From an uncultured Spirochaetia bacterium (GTDB taxonomy: Bacteria > Desulfobacterota_D > UBA1144 > Nemesobacterales > JADFKM01): 64,000 nucleotides of DNA. The position numbers and the translations under genes are program-made. How positions within the stretch are numbered: the stretch's first letter is position 1; each line of letters opens with the position of its first letter. Under the pieces are notes generated by a model. The model was given only the letters and a program-made list of their open reading frames with translations, made no database searches and had not been told where the DNA came from. The stretch spans positions 29 to 64,028 of the forward strand of contig CAZXEJ010000006.1 in the NCBI GenBank assembly GCA_964639895.1. The letters are read 5' to 3'. This document shows positions 41,965 to 51,221 of the stretch, piece by piece.

Positions 41965-42604
41965 CTTCTTCTTACGGCCCCCCAATGTTTGGAGGGCCCT
42001 AATTGTTTAGCTCACCTATTAAACTAATCACTCCGAGCCGCGTTTCAAGTGGAGCGGGCTCTACCGTCGTTTATAGACTTGGGAGTGCGGATATGTTGCC
42101 CCCTGATAAGGGAGCCGCTGCCGCAATTGACGCCGAAGACGTTGTGTAGTCTCTGTCTGCCGGCACCCCGAAATTCTATTGGGGGTGGAGACGATACCCT
42201 CGCTCCCCCTTTCTACCCGTGCCGCTAGCATGGGGGGGGCTGCGGTACGAGTCCACGCGGCTGCCGTGCCGGCGGGTTCCCGGCGGGATGCGGCCCGGCG
42301 CCGCGGGGGGTAGCGGTCGTTGCCGGCGCCTTGGGGGGACGCTACCCCCTAAAAGTGACGCGCTTTTCTTGAGGGGAGGTTGTGCCGCGTGCCTGCCGCC
42401 CTGGGATGCGCCGTGCTGGCGTGGGGGCGTAGGCGGTTCTGCTGTGGGTTGCGTGGTGTGCGGCTACCTTACTGCTCAGGGCGGAGCCGTACCGCGCGGG
42501 TGGAGATGGGGAGGGATGGAAGCCATGGCGCGCGCTTTATGGTACAGCGTCGCTTTGGTCTTTTGTACCGTCCCCCCACAAGCTGGGGTGAGGTTCCGCC
42601 CCTC

Positions 42605-42916
42605 TCACTCGACTTCTACGTATACCTTGCCGCCTTCGATCTTCACCGGGTAGGTCTTCACCCCTTTCGTAGCCGGTCCGGAGAGGGGTTCACCGCTCTC
42701 CAAATCGAACTCGGCTCCGTGCAGGGGGCAAATGATTGTGCACCCCTCCACCATGCCCGATGAGAGGGGAGCGTCGCGATGTGTACACCTGTCTTCTATC
42801 GCATAAAACCTCCCTCCCGTCCGGATGAGTGCCACCTCGTTGCCCAACAATTCTACGCCTACGCATTCGCCGTCGTCGAGTTCTTCTACGTCAATGGCTT
42901 CGATCAGTTTGGCCAT
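42605..42916 (-). CDS. Rieske [2Fe-2S] ferredoxin
   Basis: CTH...CPLHG Rieske ligands; AGGAGG RBS. Confidence 0.93.
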   Translation of the reverse strand: MAKLIEAIDVEELDDGECVGVELLGNEVALIRTGGRFYAIEDRCTHRDAPLSSGMVEGCTIICPLHGAEFDLESGEPLSGPATKGVKTYPVKIEGGKVYVEVE

Positions 42917-43145
42917 ATCTGCACTGTCCTCCTTGTCCGGGGGGCGGCGGCGTCCATCGCCCTTAAATTCCCTAATACCTGAGAGGTGGGGGTTTGTCCA
43001 TTTCCGGCGCCGTGAGTGGGGCGGCTTGTATGATAGCCGTGCGGCGGTAAAATAGTTCGGTTGTCGGCGCTTACCATGATGGGGCGGTCTGCATGGCGGA
43101 GTGGGAGCGCCTGCAGGTGTGAGAGGAGCGGTCGGATAGTCGGAA

Positions 43146-43487
43146 ATGGATTCATCGGTGCGTGAGAGATTGCGAGAGGTCGAGCTTTTCCCTGCGTCCG
43201 AAGTGCCGGAGGGAGGGATGAAACCGGCCGTCGTAGAGGGTGAAGAGATAGTGGTTTTTAACCTGGGTGGCAGGTTCTACGCACTGTGCGACCTGTGTCC
43301 CCATGGCTCGTTCCGCTTCTCGCGCGGCGTGGTGCTCGGGGACGCCGTTATGTGTCCAGGCCACAGGTGGACGTTCGATGTGCGCAGCGGGCGGTGCAGG
43401 ACCACCGAGTGGGAGCCGGCCGCAAGGTATCGGGTGCGCGTGAGAGAGGACGGCACGGTTGTGGTCGCGCTGCCGGTCAAGGAGTGA
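43146..43487 (+). CDS. Rieske [2Fe-2S] ferredoxin
   Basis: CPH...CPGH Rieske ligands. Confidence 0.9.
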   Translation: MDSSVRERLREVELFPASEVPEGGMKPAVVEGEEIVVFNLGGRFYALCDLCPHGSFRFSRGVVLGDAVMCPGHRWTFDVRSGRCRTTEWEPAARYRVRVREDGTVVVALPVKE

Positions 43488-43494
43488 GTCGGCA

Positions 43495-44505
43495 ATGGGA
43501 AGGAACAAGGATTTGGGACTTGAAGACCTGCAAAGGATGCACGGAGCGTACGTGCAGTCCAGGCTGCTTTTTATGGCGGTGGAGATGGGCGTGTTCGATG
43601 CCATTGGGGCCGACGCCCTCACGGCGGAGGAGGTGGCTTCCAGGCTGGGATGCAGCACCCCCGGGATGCGGCGCCTGATGGACGGTCTTGTGGCCGTGGG
43701 GTTGCTGGAGAAGGAGTCGGATTCATACCGTGTACCGTTCTCCCTGAAAGGCTACCTGCTCAGCGATTCCCCGGAGAGCATGGCGGCATACATACGTCTG
43801 GGCGCCTTCCTATGGAAGGTGTGGGATGGAATGGATGAAGTGGTGCGCACCGGCCGGCCGAGGGTGGAGATGATGGAACTGCTCTCGTCCGATGAACGGT
43901 TGCGCGAGCTTTTCATGGAGGCTATGGCCGGAAGGGCGAGGGAAGGGGCGCGTGAAATAGCGCGGGTGGTGGACCTTTCGCGGTGTCGCTCCATGCTCGA
44001 CGTAGGGTCGGGTCCGGGCACATACAGCCTGATATGGATGAAGATGCACGGCGGCTTGAGGTCGACCCTTGTCGATATACCGCCTGTCGTCGAGGTTGCA
44101 CGCAGAAATATCGAGGCGGCCGACTTGGGGGAGCGGGCCGACTATTTGGCGGGTGATTTCATCGGCTTGGACTTCGGTCGCGCTGCATACGATCTCGTGC
44201 TTCTGGCCAACGTGTTGCAGATGCACGGTCCGGAGACCAACGTGGCGCTGATCGCCAAGGCCTACGAAGCCCTTCGACCGGGCGGGCTGGTTGTCATTCA
44301 CGGATTCATGCTCGACGAATCCGGAACGGAGCCGCTCGAGGCGGCCCTCTTCAACCTGAGCATATCGGCCATCACACCCTCCGGGGCGGCCTATCCGAAG
44401 GCTACCTACCTGTCCTGGCTCTCAGAGGCGGGTTTTCGTAATCCACGCAGTGCTGAGATCAAGGCCGTACCTTCGACGGTCTTGTGGGCCGAGAAGACCT
44501 CTTGA
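43495..44505 (+). CDS. SAM-dependent O-methyltransferase (dimerisation domain plus Methyltransf_2)
   Basis: N-terminal winged-helix dimerisation region, LDVGSGPG, AGDF, ALRPGGLVVI. Confidence 0.9.
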   Translation: MGRNKDLGLEDLQRMHGAYVQSRLLFMAVEMGVFDAIGADALTAEEVASRLGCSTPGMRRLMDGLVAVGLLEKESDSYRVPFSLKGYLLSDSPESMAAYIRLGAFLWKVWDGMDEVVRTGRPRVEMMELLSSDERLRELFMEAMAGRAREGAREIARVVDLSRCRSMLDVGSGPGTYSLIWMKMHGGLRSTLVDIPPVVEVARRNIEAADLGERADYLAGDFIGLDFGRAAYDLVLLANVLQMHGPETNVALIAKAYEALRPGGLVVIHGFMLDESGTEPLEAALFNLSISAITPSGAAYPKATYLSWLSEAGFRNPRSAEIKAVPSTVLWAEKTS

Positions 44506-44829
44506 CCGCAGCGGCCGCCTGCCCGGCCGATGTAAAGGGCTGTTGCGCTGGCGGCGGTACACCCCGGCCGCGGGCGCAAGAAGGGGATGCACGGGCGAGG
44601 GTGTGGTTTAAGGGGTTGAACACGATCTGCTCCCGACTGCCTGTGCGGTTCGTTCGTATGGAGTTCGCAGAGCCACTCTCTACCCCTTCGCCCACGGTCG
44701 GACGCATGGGCCACCGCCGACACATCTTACCTCGCAGCCGTCTGCCTTATCGGTACCTCCCGCTGACAAGGCGGCCGTTGAGACTCGCCGTCGTGTGGCC
44801 GTCCGTCTCCGACCGTGCCCGGGGTGCCG

Positions 44830-44975
44830 TGATAAAGAGGCGGTTTTGACTCCGTCCTCTACCGCAGGGCGCCCGACTGGGACACGAGCGATACGCCGTT
44901 GCAAGAAATTTGAGAGTGCTGTTCGACTAGCCGCCTATTGCGGCATGGCTGCAAAGAGATCGCTTCAGGGAGGAG
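44830..44975 (+). mobile_element. Decayed IS110-family transposase fragment
   Basis: KKFESAVRLAAYCGMA (44903-44950) matches the IS110 Transposase_20 signature RFxSxxxLAAYxGL; surrounding sequence degenerate and no DEDD domain visible. Confidence 0.55.
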
Positions 44976-45283
44976 AGGGCCGGTCGACCGCAACGCGTAT
45001 ACACGCCGCCGTGGCGCAAGGGAGGGGCTTTCTCCACACCGCATTTCCCCCTCCCTCACGCATGATCCTTGCAATGCGGAACGAGCCATCCGCCGCGTTG
45101 CAACCAACCCGCTACGCTCGGCGTGTCCTCTTGGTGGGTGTCCCGTGTGTGCACGTGGGAGCGGCCGAGTAGGCGTTTCACTTGAGGATGTGTTGCTGCG
45201 AGGCCGGCTTCGGGGCTCTACCACGAGGGTGTTGTCCTGAGAAGGGTTTTCAGGGTCATCGGGCGTCACTACGCCCCTACCCA

Positions 45284-46063
45284 CTACATCCTCTCGCGGG
45301 AGCTCATCTGATATCCGCCCTCGGCGACCGGCTCACCGTCTATCAACACGACGTCGTCATCACCCACCGTCACCCTTCCCGCGGCAATCAACCTGTGGAC
45401 GGCATAAGGAAGCACGACGTGCTCGGCTTCGCGCCTTATCCTTTCGGCGACCTCTTCGGCGTCGGCTTCCGTGCAGCCGTCGAGCGGGACGGGTGGTGAC
45501 TGGGCCACGGCCGGACCGAACCGGCGGTCCCAGCGGCTGAAGAACACCGTGGCCCTAATCTCCTTCTCCCCCGCCCGCAGGGCCTGAAGCCAGGGATCGA
45601 CCCCCTTCACCAAGTATGGCTTGGTCGTGTCTCCCGGGTAGAGGTTGACGATCCTGTTGTGGTAGCGTTCATGGGCCCGCCTGCCCAGGCGTCTCCTGTA
45701 GCCGGCCAGTACGATGAGGTCGGGTACCAGTTTGGCTTCGATCAGGGCCAGTGCCGCGGCGTCGTAGGCGTCCCTCAAGGAGTCGTCGTCGGCGCGCGCC
45801 CCCAAGAGTTCGAAGAACCCCTTCGAACTGAGGGAGATCACCTCGATACCCCTCTCGGCCGCTTTGCGCGCCCCGGCACAGGTGGGTACGTTGGTGAACA
45901 CGGCTTCGATGGAGCAGTAGGGGACTTCGCCGGACGCGGCTAGCTCAAGCTGCGCGTCGTGGATGGCGATCATGTTGGTGCCGCTTCCAGACACGAACAC
46001 GACCGCCTTCAGTGGTTTTGGCGGGCGGTCGTTGCCGGTCTCACGGTGCGGCGCGTGTTTCAT
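45284..46063 (-). CDS. PurN-like formyltransferase-fold protein with degenerate active site
   Basis: VFVSGSGTN, AYD, PDLIVLAGY, but NLYPG in place of NxHPS and no LDxGP aspartate. Confidence 0.82.
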   Translation of the reverse strand: MKHAPHRETGNDRPPKPLKAVVFVSGSGTNMIAIHDAQLELAASGEVPYCSIEAVFTNVPTCAGARKAAERGIEVISLSSKGFFELLGARADDDSLRDAYDAAALALIEAKLVPDLIVLAGYRRRLGRRAHERYHNRIVNLYPGDTTKPYLVKGVDPWLQALRAGEKEIRATVFFSRWDRRFGPAVAQSPPVPLDGCTEADAEEVAERIRREAEHVVLPYAVHRLIAAGRVTVGDDDVVLIDGEPVAEGGYQMSSRERM

Positions 46064-46115
46064 TGGGAGGGCGTATTGGTTATATTGTAGGTCAAATTAT
46101 ATCGGGTTTCCGTTG

Positions 46116-46973
46116 ATGAGCAACCTTGGAAAGCGTGTCCTTACGGCCGCGGTCGGGGTTCCCCTGGTTTTCGCCTTGATATATGCCGGGGGGGTGGCGT
46201 TTCTCCTACTCATCGCCGTTGTAATCGTATTGTGCATGGTCGAGCTTGGCCGCCTTGTTGCTGCCAAGGGAGGTACGCTCCGCGTGCCTCTGGTCACCGT
46301 GCTGGCTGTTGCGGTGGCCGTGGCCGCGTGGTTGGGCGGGCAGTTCTACATGTCGGCCGCCTATGTTGCGGCGGTGGTTGTTCTGCTGGTGGTCGAGGTG
46401 ATGGGTGGAGTGGTGAAGAACTCCATGGCGCGCCTGGGGTACGCCTTGCTGGCGCTCACCTACGCCGGGCTCCTGCCGAGCCACTTCCTTGTCCTCAGGC
46501 GCAGCACGCTCTCATCGCCGCTTGCCGATGCTGCCGCCTCGCTCGCCCTCCGAGACCCTGGGTTCATGTTCCTGGTCTTCGTCGTGGCCGTAACGTTCGT
46601 CCACGACACGTCGGCCTTCTTCGTCGGAAAGAGGGCGGGCACACTGAGGCTGCTTCCTACGGTGAGCCCCGCCAAGACCGTCGAAGGGACGCTGGGTGGT
46701 GCGCTTGGGGCGGTGGTCACGGCCGTGGTTGTGGATTTCATATTCGGCACACCGTTTCCCCCCTACTTGGTCGCCCTCTGGGGGCTGGTACTCGCCGTGG
46801 CGGCCACGTTCGGCGACCTGGTGGAATCCATGTTGAAGCGGGACGCCGAGATAAAGGATACGGGCGGGGTCCTGCCCGGTCATGGAGGTGTTCTCGACAG
46901 GCTCGACAGCCTGCTTTTCACCGTACCGGTCTCGTTCTATTTCGTCGTGTTCTGCCTTGGGGGGAAAGGCTGA
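46116..46973 (+). CDS. cdsA: Phosphatidate cytidylyltransferase
   Basis: SPAKTVEG, GDLVESMLKRDAEIKDTGGVLPGHGGVLDRLDS. Confidence 0.96.
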   Translation: MSNLGKRVLTAAVGVPLVFALIYAGGVAFLLLIAVVIVLCMVELGRLVAAKGGTLRVPLVTVLAVAVAVAAWLGGQFYMSAAYVAAVVVLLVVEVMGGVVKNSMARLGYALLALTYAGLLPSHFLVLRRSTLSSPLADAAASLALRDPGFMFLVFVVAVTFVHDTSAFFVGKRAGTLRLLPTVSPAKTVEGTLGGALGAVVTAVVVDFIFGTPFPPYLVALWGLVLAVAATFGDLVESMLKRDAEIKDTGGVLPGHGGVLDRLDSLLFTVPVSFYFVVFCLGGKG

Positions 46974-48337
46974 ACGCCCGCCCGGGGCCTTCCGGCGGCT
47001 GGATCTCCTTCGTCCTCGACTACCAGGTCCTTGAGCGTGTCGTCGTCGAGAGCCTCATCGAGTGCGTGTTCTATCCTCTCGAGAACATCCCTCACCCTCT
47101 CGGCCGGTTGCAGCCCGGCGAGCAGGGCCGCTTCGGCCAGGTGTTCGTTTCCCCTTATCTTGTCCAGGACTTCCCTCAATCGTATGGTGCCGATGTCACG
47201 GGAAGGAAGATACGCGGGCGGATCGTCGGCCGTGGCCGCAAGGAGCCCCACCTTCTCGAGTATCCCTATCATCCTGCTCACGGGCCGGAGCGGATGGCGA
47301 AGCAGGGTGGAGATCTCTTCGGCCGTTGGCGCATTGGTACCGTCGTGGAAGCGTTTGCCGACACAATACATTATCGAAAGCCCGAGCTCTTCCTGGAGTT
47401 TTGCACTCAGGTATTCGAGCCGCTTCCAGCCGAGCTGATCGAGATGCTGGTGGCAGTAAGCGACCTGGGCGCCAATGAACAGGATGAGCCAGTTGAGGTA
47501 GAGCCAAAGGATGAACAGGAACAAAACGGCGAAGCTGGAATAGATTGCATAGTACTTGGTGGATGTGGCGACGAACGAGGAGAACACCCATCCCACGAGC
47601 ACCCAGCTGACGCCGGCCACAAGGCCGCCAAGCAGTGCGGACCTCACCTTGACCCTCGTGTTGGGGATGAAAATGATGAGGAACGTGAACGAGAGGCATA
47701 TGAAGACGAAAGGCACCACCTCGGACAAAAGGACGAACAGGAGGTTGAAGAGCTTGTATCCCATGAGTTTCTGCACGAACGAGTGGGTGAGGAAGACGGC
47801 CTTGAGTCCGAGGGCGATGAAAATGAGCACCGGGCCGGTGAGGACGACGCTCATGTAGTCGCTGAAGCGGCGGGCCAGGCTTCGGGGGCGGTCTATCTCC
47901 CATATGATGTTGACCGATTCCTCTATCTTCTGCAGGAGCCTTATGATCGTGTAGAAAAGCAACGCCAACCCGACGACGCTGAGAACCCCTATCTTTATGT
48001 TGTCTACGAACCCGATGATCCGGGTGGCCACCTCGGGGGCCTTCTCGCCCAGGGGGGCGAGGAAGCGGATGAGGGCGTCCTTGAGCTGATTGTGCACGCC
48101 GAAGGCCTTGAGCACGGAGAAGCTCAGGGCAAGCAGCGGCACCAGGGCGAGGAGTGTCGAGTAGACGAGTCCCATGGCCCGGACGTCGAGCTCGTTTGTA
48201 CGGAACTTCTTTACGGTGCCGTATACAAGGCGGGTCGTCTGTAGAGCCAGAGCGCGGGGAGGCGTAAGTGTGGACGGATCAATGGTCCAGAGATCGTGCT
48301 CGAGGAATCGGGTGGCCTTGGTGTAGAGTGTAAGCAT
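46937..48337 (-). CDS. YihY/BrkB-family inner membrane protein with C-terminal winged helix
   Basis: YSTLLALVPLL, IEESVNIIW, IPNTRV, IYSSFA, WLYLNWLILFIGA; Rrf2-like tail. Confidence 0.9.
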   Translation of the reverse strand: MLTLYTKATRFLEHDLWTIDPSTLTPPRALALQTTRLVYGTVKKFRTNELDVRAMGLVYSTLLALVPLLALSFSVLKAFGVHNQLKDALIRFLAPLGEKAPEVATRIIGFVDNIKIGVLSVVGLALLFYTIIRLLQKIEESVNIIWEIDRPRSLARRFSDYMSVVLTGPVLIFIALGLKAVFLTHSFVQKLMGYKLFNLLFVLLSEVVPFVFICLSFTFLIIFIPNTRVKVRSALLGGLVAGVSWVLVGWVFSSFVATSTKYYAIYSSFAVLFLFILWLYLNWLILFIGAQVAYCHQHLDQLGWKRLEYLSAKLQEELGLSIMYCVGKRFHDGTNAPTAEEISTLLRHPLRPVSRMIGILEKVGLLAATADDPPAYLPSRDIGTIRLREVLDKIRGNEHLAEAALLAGLQPAERVRDVLERIEHALDEALDDDTLKDLVVEDEGDPAAGRPRAGVQPFPPRQNTTK

Positions 48338-48510
48338 CACTATATTTTATCACCCGACACGCATAGTAGGAAGTGCAGCGGGGCGGTCGACCGCAGGACT
48401 TTTGGCGGATGCACGTCAGGGACGGGGCCGATGTTGTCGCACGTTCGTCGAGGATTATATTAAAAGTGAGGGGTGTCGCGTGCAACAGACCCAAAGGGAG
48501 GTTGGTTGCC

Positions 48511-48696
48511 ATGTTCAGGATCGAGCTCGGCGACGAAGAGCGGCGGTTGCTGCTGGAAGAGCTCAAGAGCAGGGTTCTTGATCTCAGGGCCGAGATAGCC
48601 CAGACCGATAAGGCGGCGTTCAAGGAAGAACTGCGCAAGAAGAAGGAGATGCTCAAGGACATAGTAAAGAGGCTCGAAGACGCCCGCCACACCTGA
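48511..48696 (+). CDS. Small coiled-coil hypothetical protein
   Basis: GGGAGG RBS, 61 aa charged helical ORF (DLRAEIAQTD), strong coding codon bias. Confidence 0.75.
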   Translation: MFRIELGDEERRLLLEELKSRVLDLRAEIAQTDKAAFKEELRKKKEMLKDIVKRLEDARHT

Positions 48697-48708
48697 CGAG
48701 CGGCGGTG

Positions 48709-50454
48709 CTACGGCCCCCCGTGCGGCAGGGAGAGGCCCGCAGCGAAGGCGTTTTCTCTTCTTCTGTCGGCTGCCCCTGCTAGGACACCGTCGGAGACCA
48801 TGATCGCCATCACGCTTCCTATACCCCTTTCCTTGAGAATCCGTACACGGTGGCCGGTTTCCTCGTAGAGCCCCAACGTATCACGCGTGGCGGCCCCTTC
48901 CTCGACCAGCGTCACGTCCGGGAACCACCCGTGGTGGATCCTTCCGGACAGCACGGCGTCTTCGATGTTCATACGGTGATCGACGACGTTTAGTATTACC
49001 TGGAGCACAGTGGTGATGATCGTTCTTCCTCCGGGCGACCCCAGCACCAGGTAGGGCCGGCCGTTGCGGGAGAGGATCGTGGGGGTCATGCTCGAGAGCA
49101 TCCTCTTACCGGGCGCCACGGTGTTGGGTTGAGTGCCGATGAGGCCCTTTTCGTCCGTCACGCCTGGCAGGGGATTGAAGTCTCCCATTTCGTTGTTGAG
49201 CAGAAACCCCCCTCCCTCGACCACAAGGCCTGAGCCGAAGGGGTGGTTGAGCGTATAGGTGAAGGAGAGTGCGTTGCCCTCGGCGTCGACGATGGAGAAA
49301 TGGGTGGTCTCGCCCCCGGCGCCGGGGCCGCCGGCCGGTGCCATAGGGCGGGGGAGCCTGCTCTTGGCGGCACGCCGAAGGGGGATGGTTCGGCGGATGG
49401 CGTCCGCATACGGTTTGGAAAGTAGCCTGGGGAGCGGCATGTGCGGGTTGAAATCGGGATCGCCCAGATAGATGGCGCGGTCGCGGTAGGCCGCCCGCAT
49501 GGCCTCGGTCAGTAGGTGGAGGTAGAGGGCGGAATTGTGGCCCGTCGAGGCGAGATCGTATCCCTCAAGGATGTTGAGCATCTCGATCAGCGCCACTCCA
49601 CCGGAGCTTGGCGGGGGGACGGAGTATACGTCGTAGCCGCGGTAGGTGCCGTGTAGGGGTTTTCTCTCGAGCGCCCTGTACCGTGCCAAGTCCTGGGGCG
49701 TCATGATGCCGCCGTATCGGGCCAATGTGGATACGATGCGTGCGGCCGTTCCTCCCCCGTAGAAGGCTGTCTCACCGTGTCGTGCTATCTTCTCCAGCGT
49801 GGATGCCAAAAGCGGCTGGCGCCATAGCTCGCCCGGCATGTATTCCGATCCGTCCGCCTTGAAGAACTTGGCACGGCTGGCCTTGAATTTTCTTAGCTTT
49901 TTCCCGTAGCGGCTAACGTAGGTATGGAACTCGTGTGTAACCTCGATGCCCCTTCGGCACAGTTCGATGGACGGCCTGATGAGTTCGGCCATCTTCATGG
50001 TGCCGAGCGTGCGATGCAGCAGAAAGAGGCCCGCCACCGTCCCTGGAACTCCCACTGAAAGAGCCCCCTCGAGAAGGAGATCCTCCCTGACACCTCCCGT
50101 GGCGGGATCGACGAACATCTGCGCCGTAGCCTTGGCGGGCGCCGTCTCCCTGAAATCAAAGGCACGGACACGGCCGTCGTTGCCCATATGGAGGGCGAAA
50201 CCGCCTCCCCCTATGTTGCCCGTCCACGGCATCACCACGGCAAGGGCAAAGGCCACGGCCACGGCGGCGTCGGCCGCGTTGCCTCCGCGGCGAAGAACGT
50301 CGAGGCCGATTGAAGATGCTATGGGATTTGCCGTCACCACCATGGCCGTCGAGGCGCGCTTGGGGCGCGCGGCGGGCCGGGCGGTTCGTGTCGGGTAGGA
50401 GACGACGAAGAGCAGGATGGCGGAGACGAATATGCTCCCGATTCGTGAGGACAC
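48709..50454 (-). CDS. ggt: Gamma-glutamyltranspeptidase
   Basis: GGNAADAA, IGGGGF, DFRETAP, PPPSSGG, autocleavage ETTHFS, LNNEMGDF, RMLSSMTP, GSPGG. Confidence 0.96.
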   Translation of the reverse strand: MSSRIGSIFVSAILLFVVSYPTRTARPAARPKRASTAMVVTANPIASSIGLDVLRRGGNAADAAVAVAFALAVVMPWTGNIGGGGFALHMGNDGRVRAFDFRETAPAKATAQMFVDPATGGVREDLLLEGALSVGVPGTVAGLFLLHRTLGTMKMAELIRPSIELCRRGIEVTHEFHTYVSRYGKKLRKFKASRAKFFKADGSEYMPGELWRQPLLASTLEKIARHGETAFYGGGTAARIVSTLARYGGIMTPQDLARYRALERKPLHGTYRGYDVYSVPPPSSGGVALIEMLNILEGYDLASTGHNSALYLHLLTEAMRAAYRDRAIYLGDPDFNPHMPLPRLLSKPYADAIRRTIPLRRAAKSRLPRPMAPAGGPGAGGETTHFSIVDAEGNALSFTYTLNHPFGSGLVVEGGGFLLNNEMGDFNPLPGVTDEKGLIGTQPNTVAPGKRMLSSMTPTILSRNGRPYLVLGSPGGRTIITTVLQVILNVVDHRMNIEDAVLSGRIHHGWFPDVTLVEEGAATRDTLGLYEETGHRVRILKERGIGSVMAIMVSDGVLAGAADRRRENAFAAGLSLPHGGP

Positions 50455-51075
50455 GATTATGGTTCCTCCTGATACTCAACGCACCGAGGGCGGCACGAGA
50501 GGGCGTTAGCATACTATATCATCCTCCCTAACGGTGCACCATTGGAGAAGGGCGAGGTTTGAGCGGTGGGAGAAGGGCAGGGGCTCATGGCGCATTACAG
50601 GCGAGTTGCCTGCCTCTGCTCGCTCCCCACGCCGTGTTCTGGAACCTTCTCCCTTGCTGACGTGTGGCCTGCTCGTGCGTTGAGGCTCCTTACTGCCTTC
50701 GCGGTCGGGATACAGGGAAGAGGGGGGTGCTGCAGTTGGGTTTTCGCGGTTCCGACCGGCGCCGTCAAGGCGTTGCCCTGGCCGAGAGGGGATGTGAAGG
50801 CGGGGGGATGTGCGGTTAAAGGCGTTGCCGAGGGGCGTTTCGTGTAACGAGGGTTTCATGCCCCACATCCAAGCCGCATCTGAAGACGCCGCCGGGTGTT
50901 GGCGGGTCCGCCGCTCATGGTTTTGAGTTTCGTGCCAAACCCTACCGCTTCCGTGTCGGTGGATACAACCGTATGGCGATGCTGCAGCTGATTGCGTGAG
51001 GTTGCGCCGGGGCCGTTCGGCGGTCTCTTCTCCGGCCATTCATTACGGTCGGGGGCCGGACTGTGGCAGTGCCGT

Positions 51076-51093
51076 ATTTATGATATCATAAAT
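51076..51093. promoter_or_regulatory. Perfect 18-bp palindrome, probable transcription-factor operator
   Basis: ATTTATGATATCATAAAT equals its own reverse complement; AT-rich in GC-rich DNA, about 130 bp upstream of the M23 gene. Confidence 0.6.
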
Positions 51094-51221
51094 TCAGTCG
51101 GTCCCAGTGGCGTAGCACTGCAAGGGGTTATGGTTGTGCGTGCCTGTTCCTCAGGCGCGGTGTTTCATTGTCCCCGCGGTAGGCTGAGATGTTCAAAGGC
51201 AAGCTTGATATGGAGCTTCGG

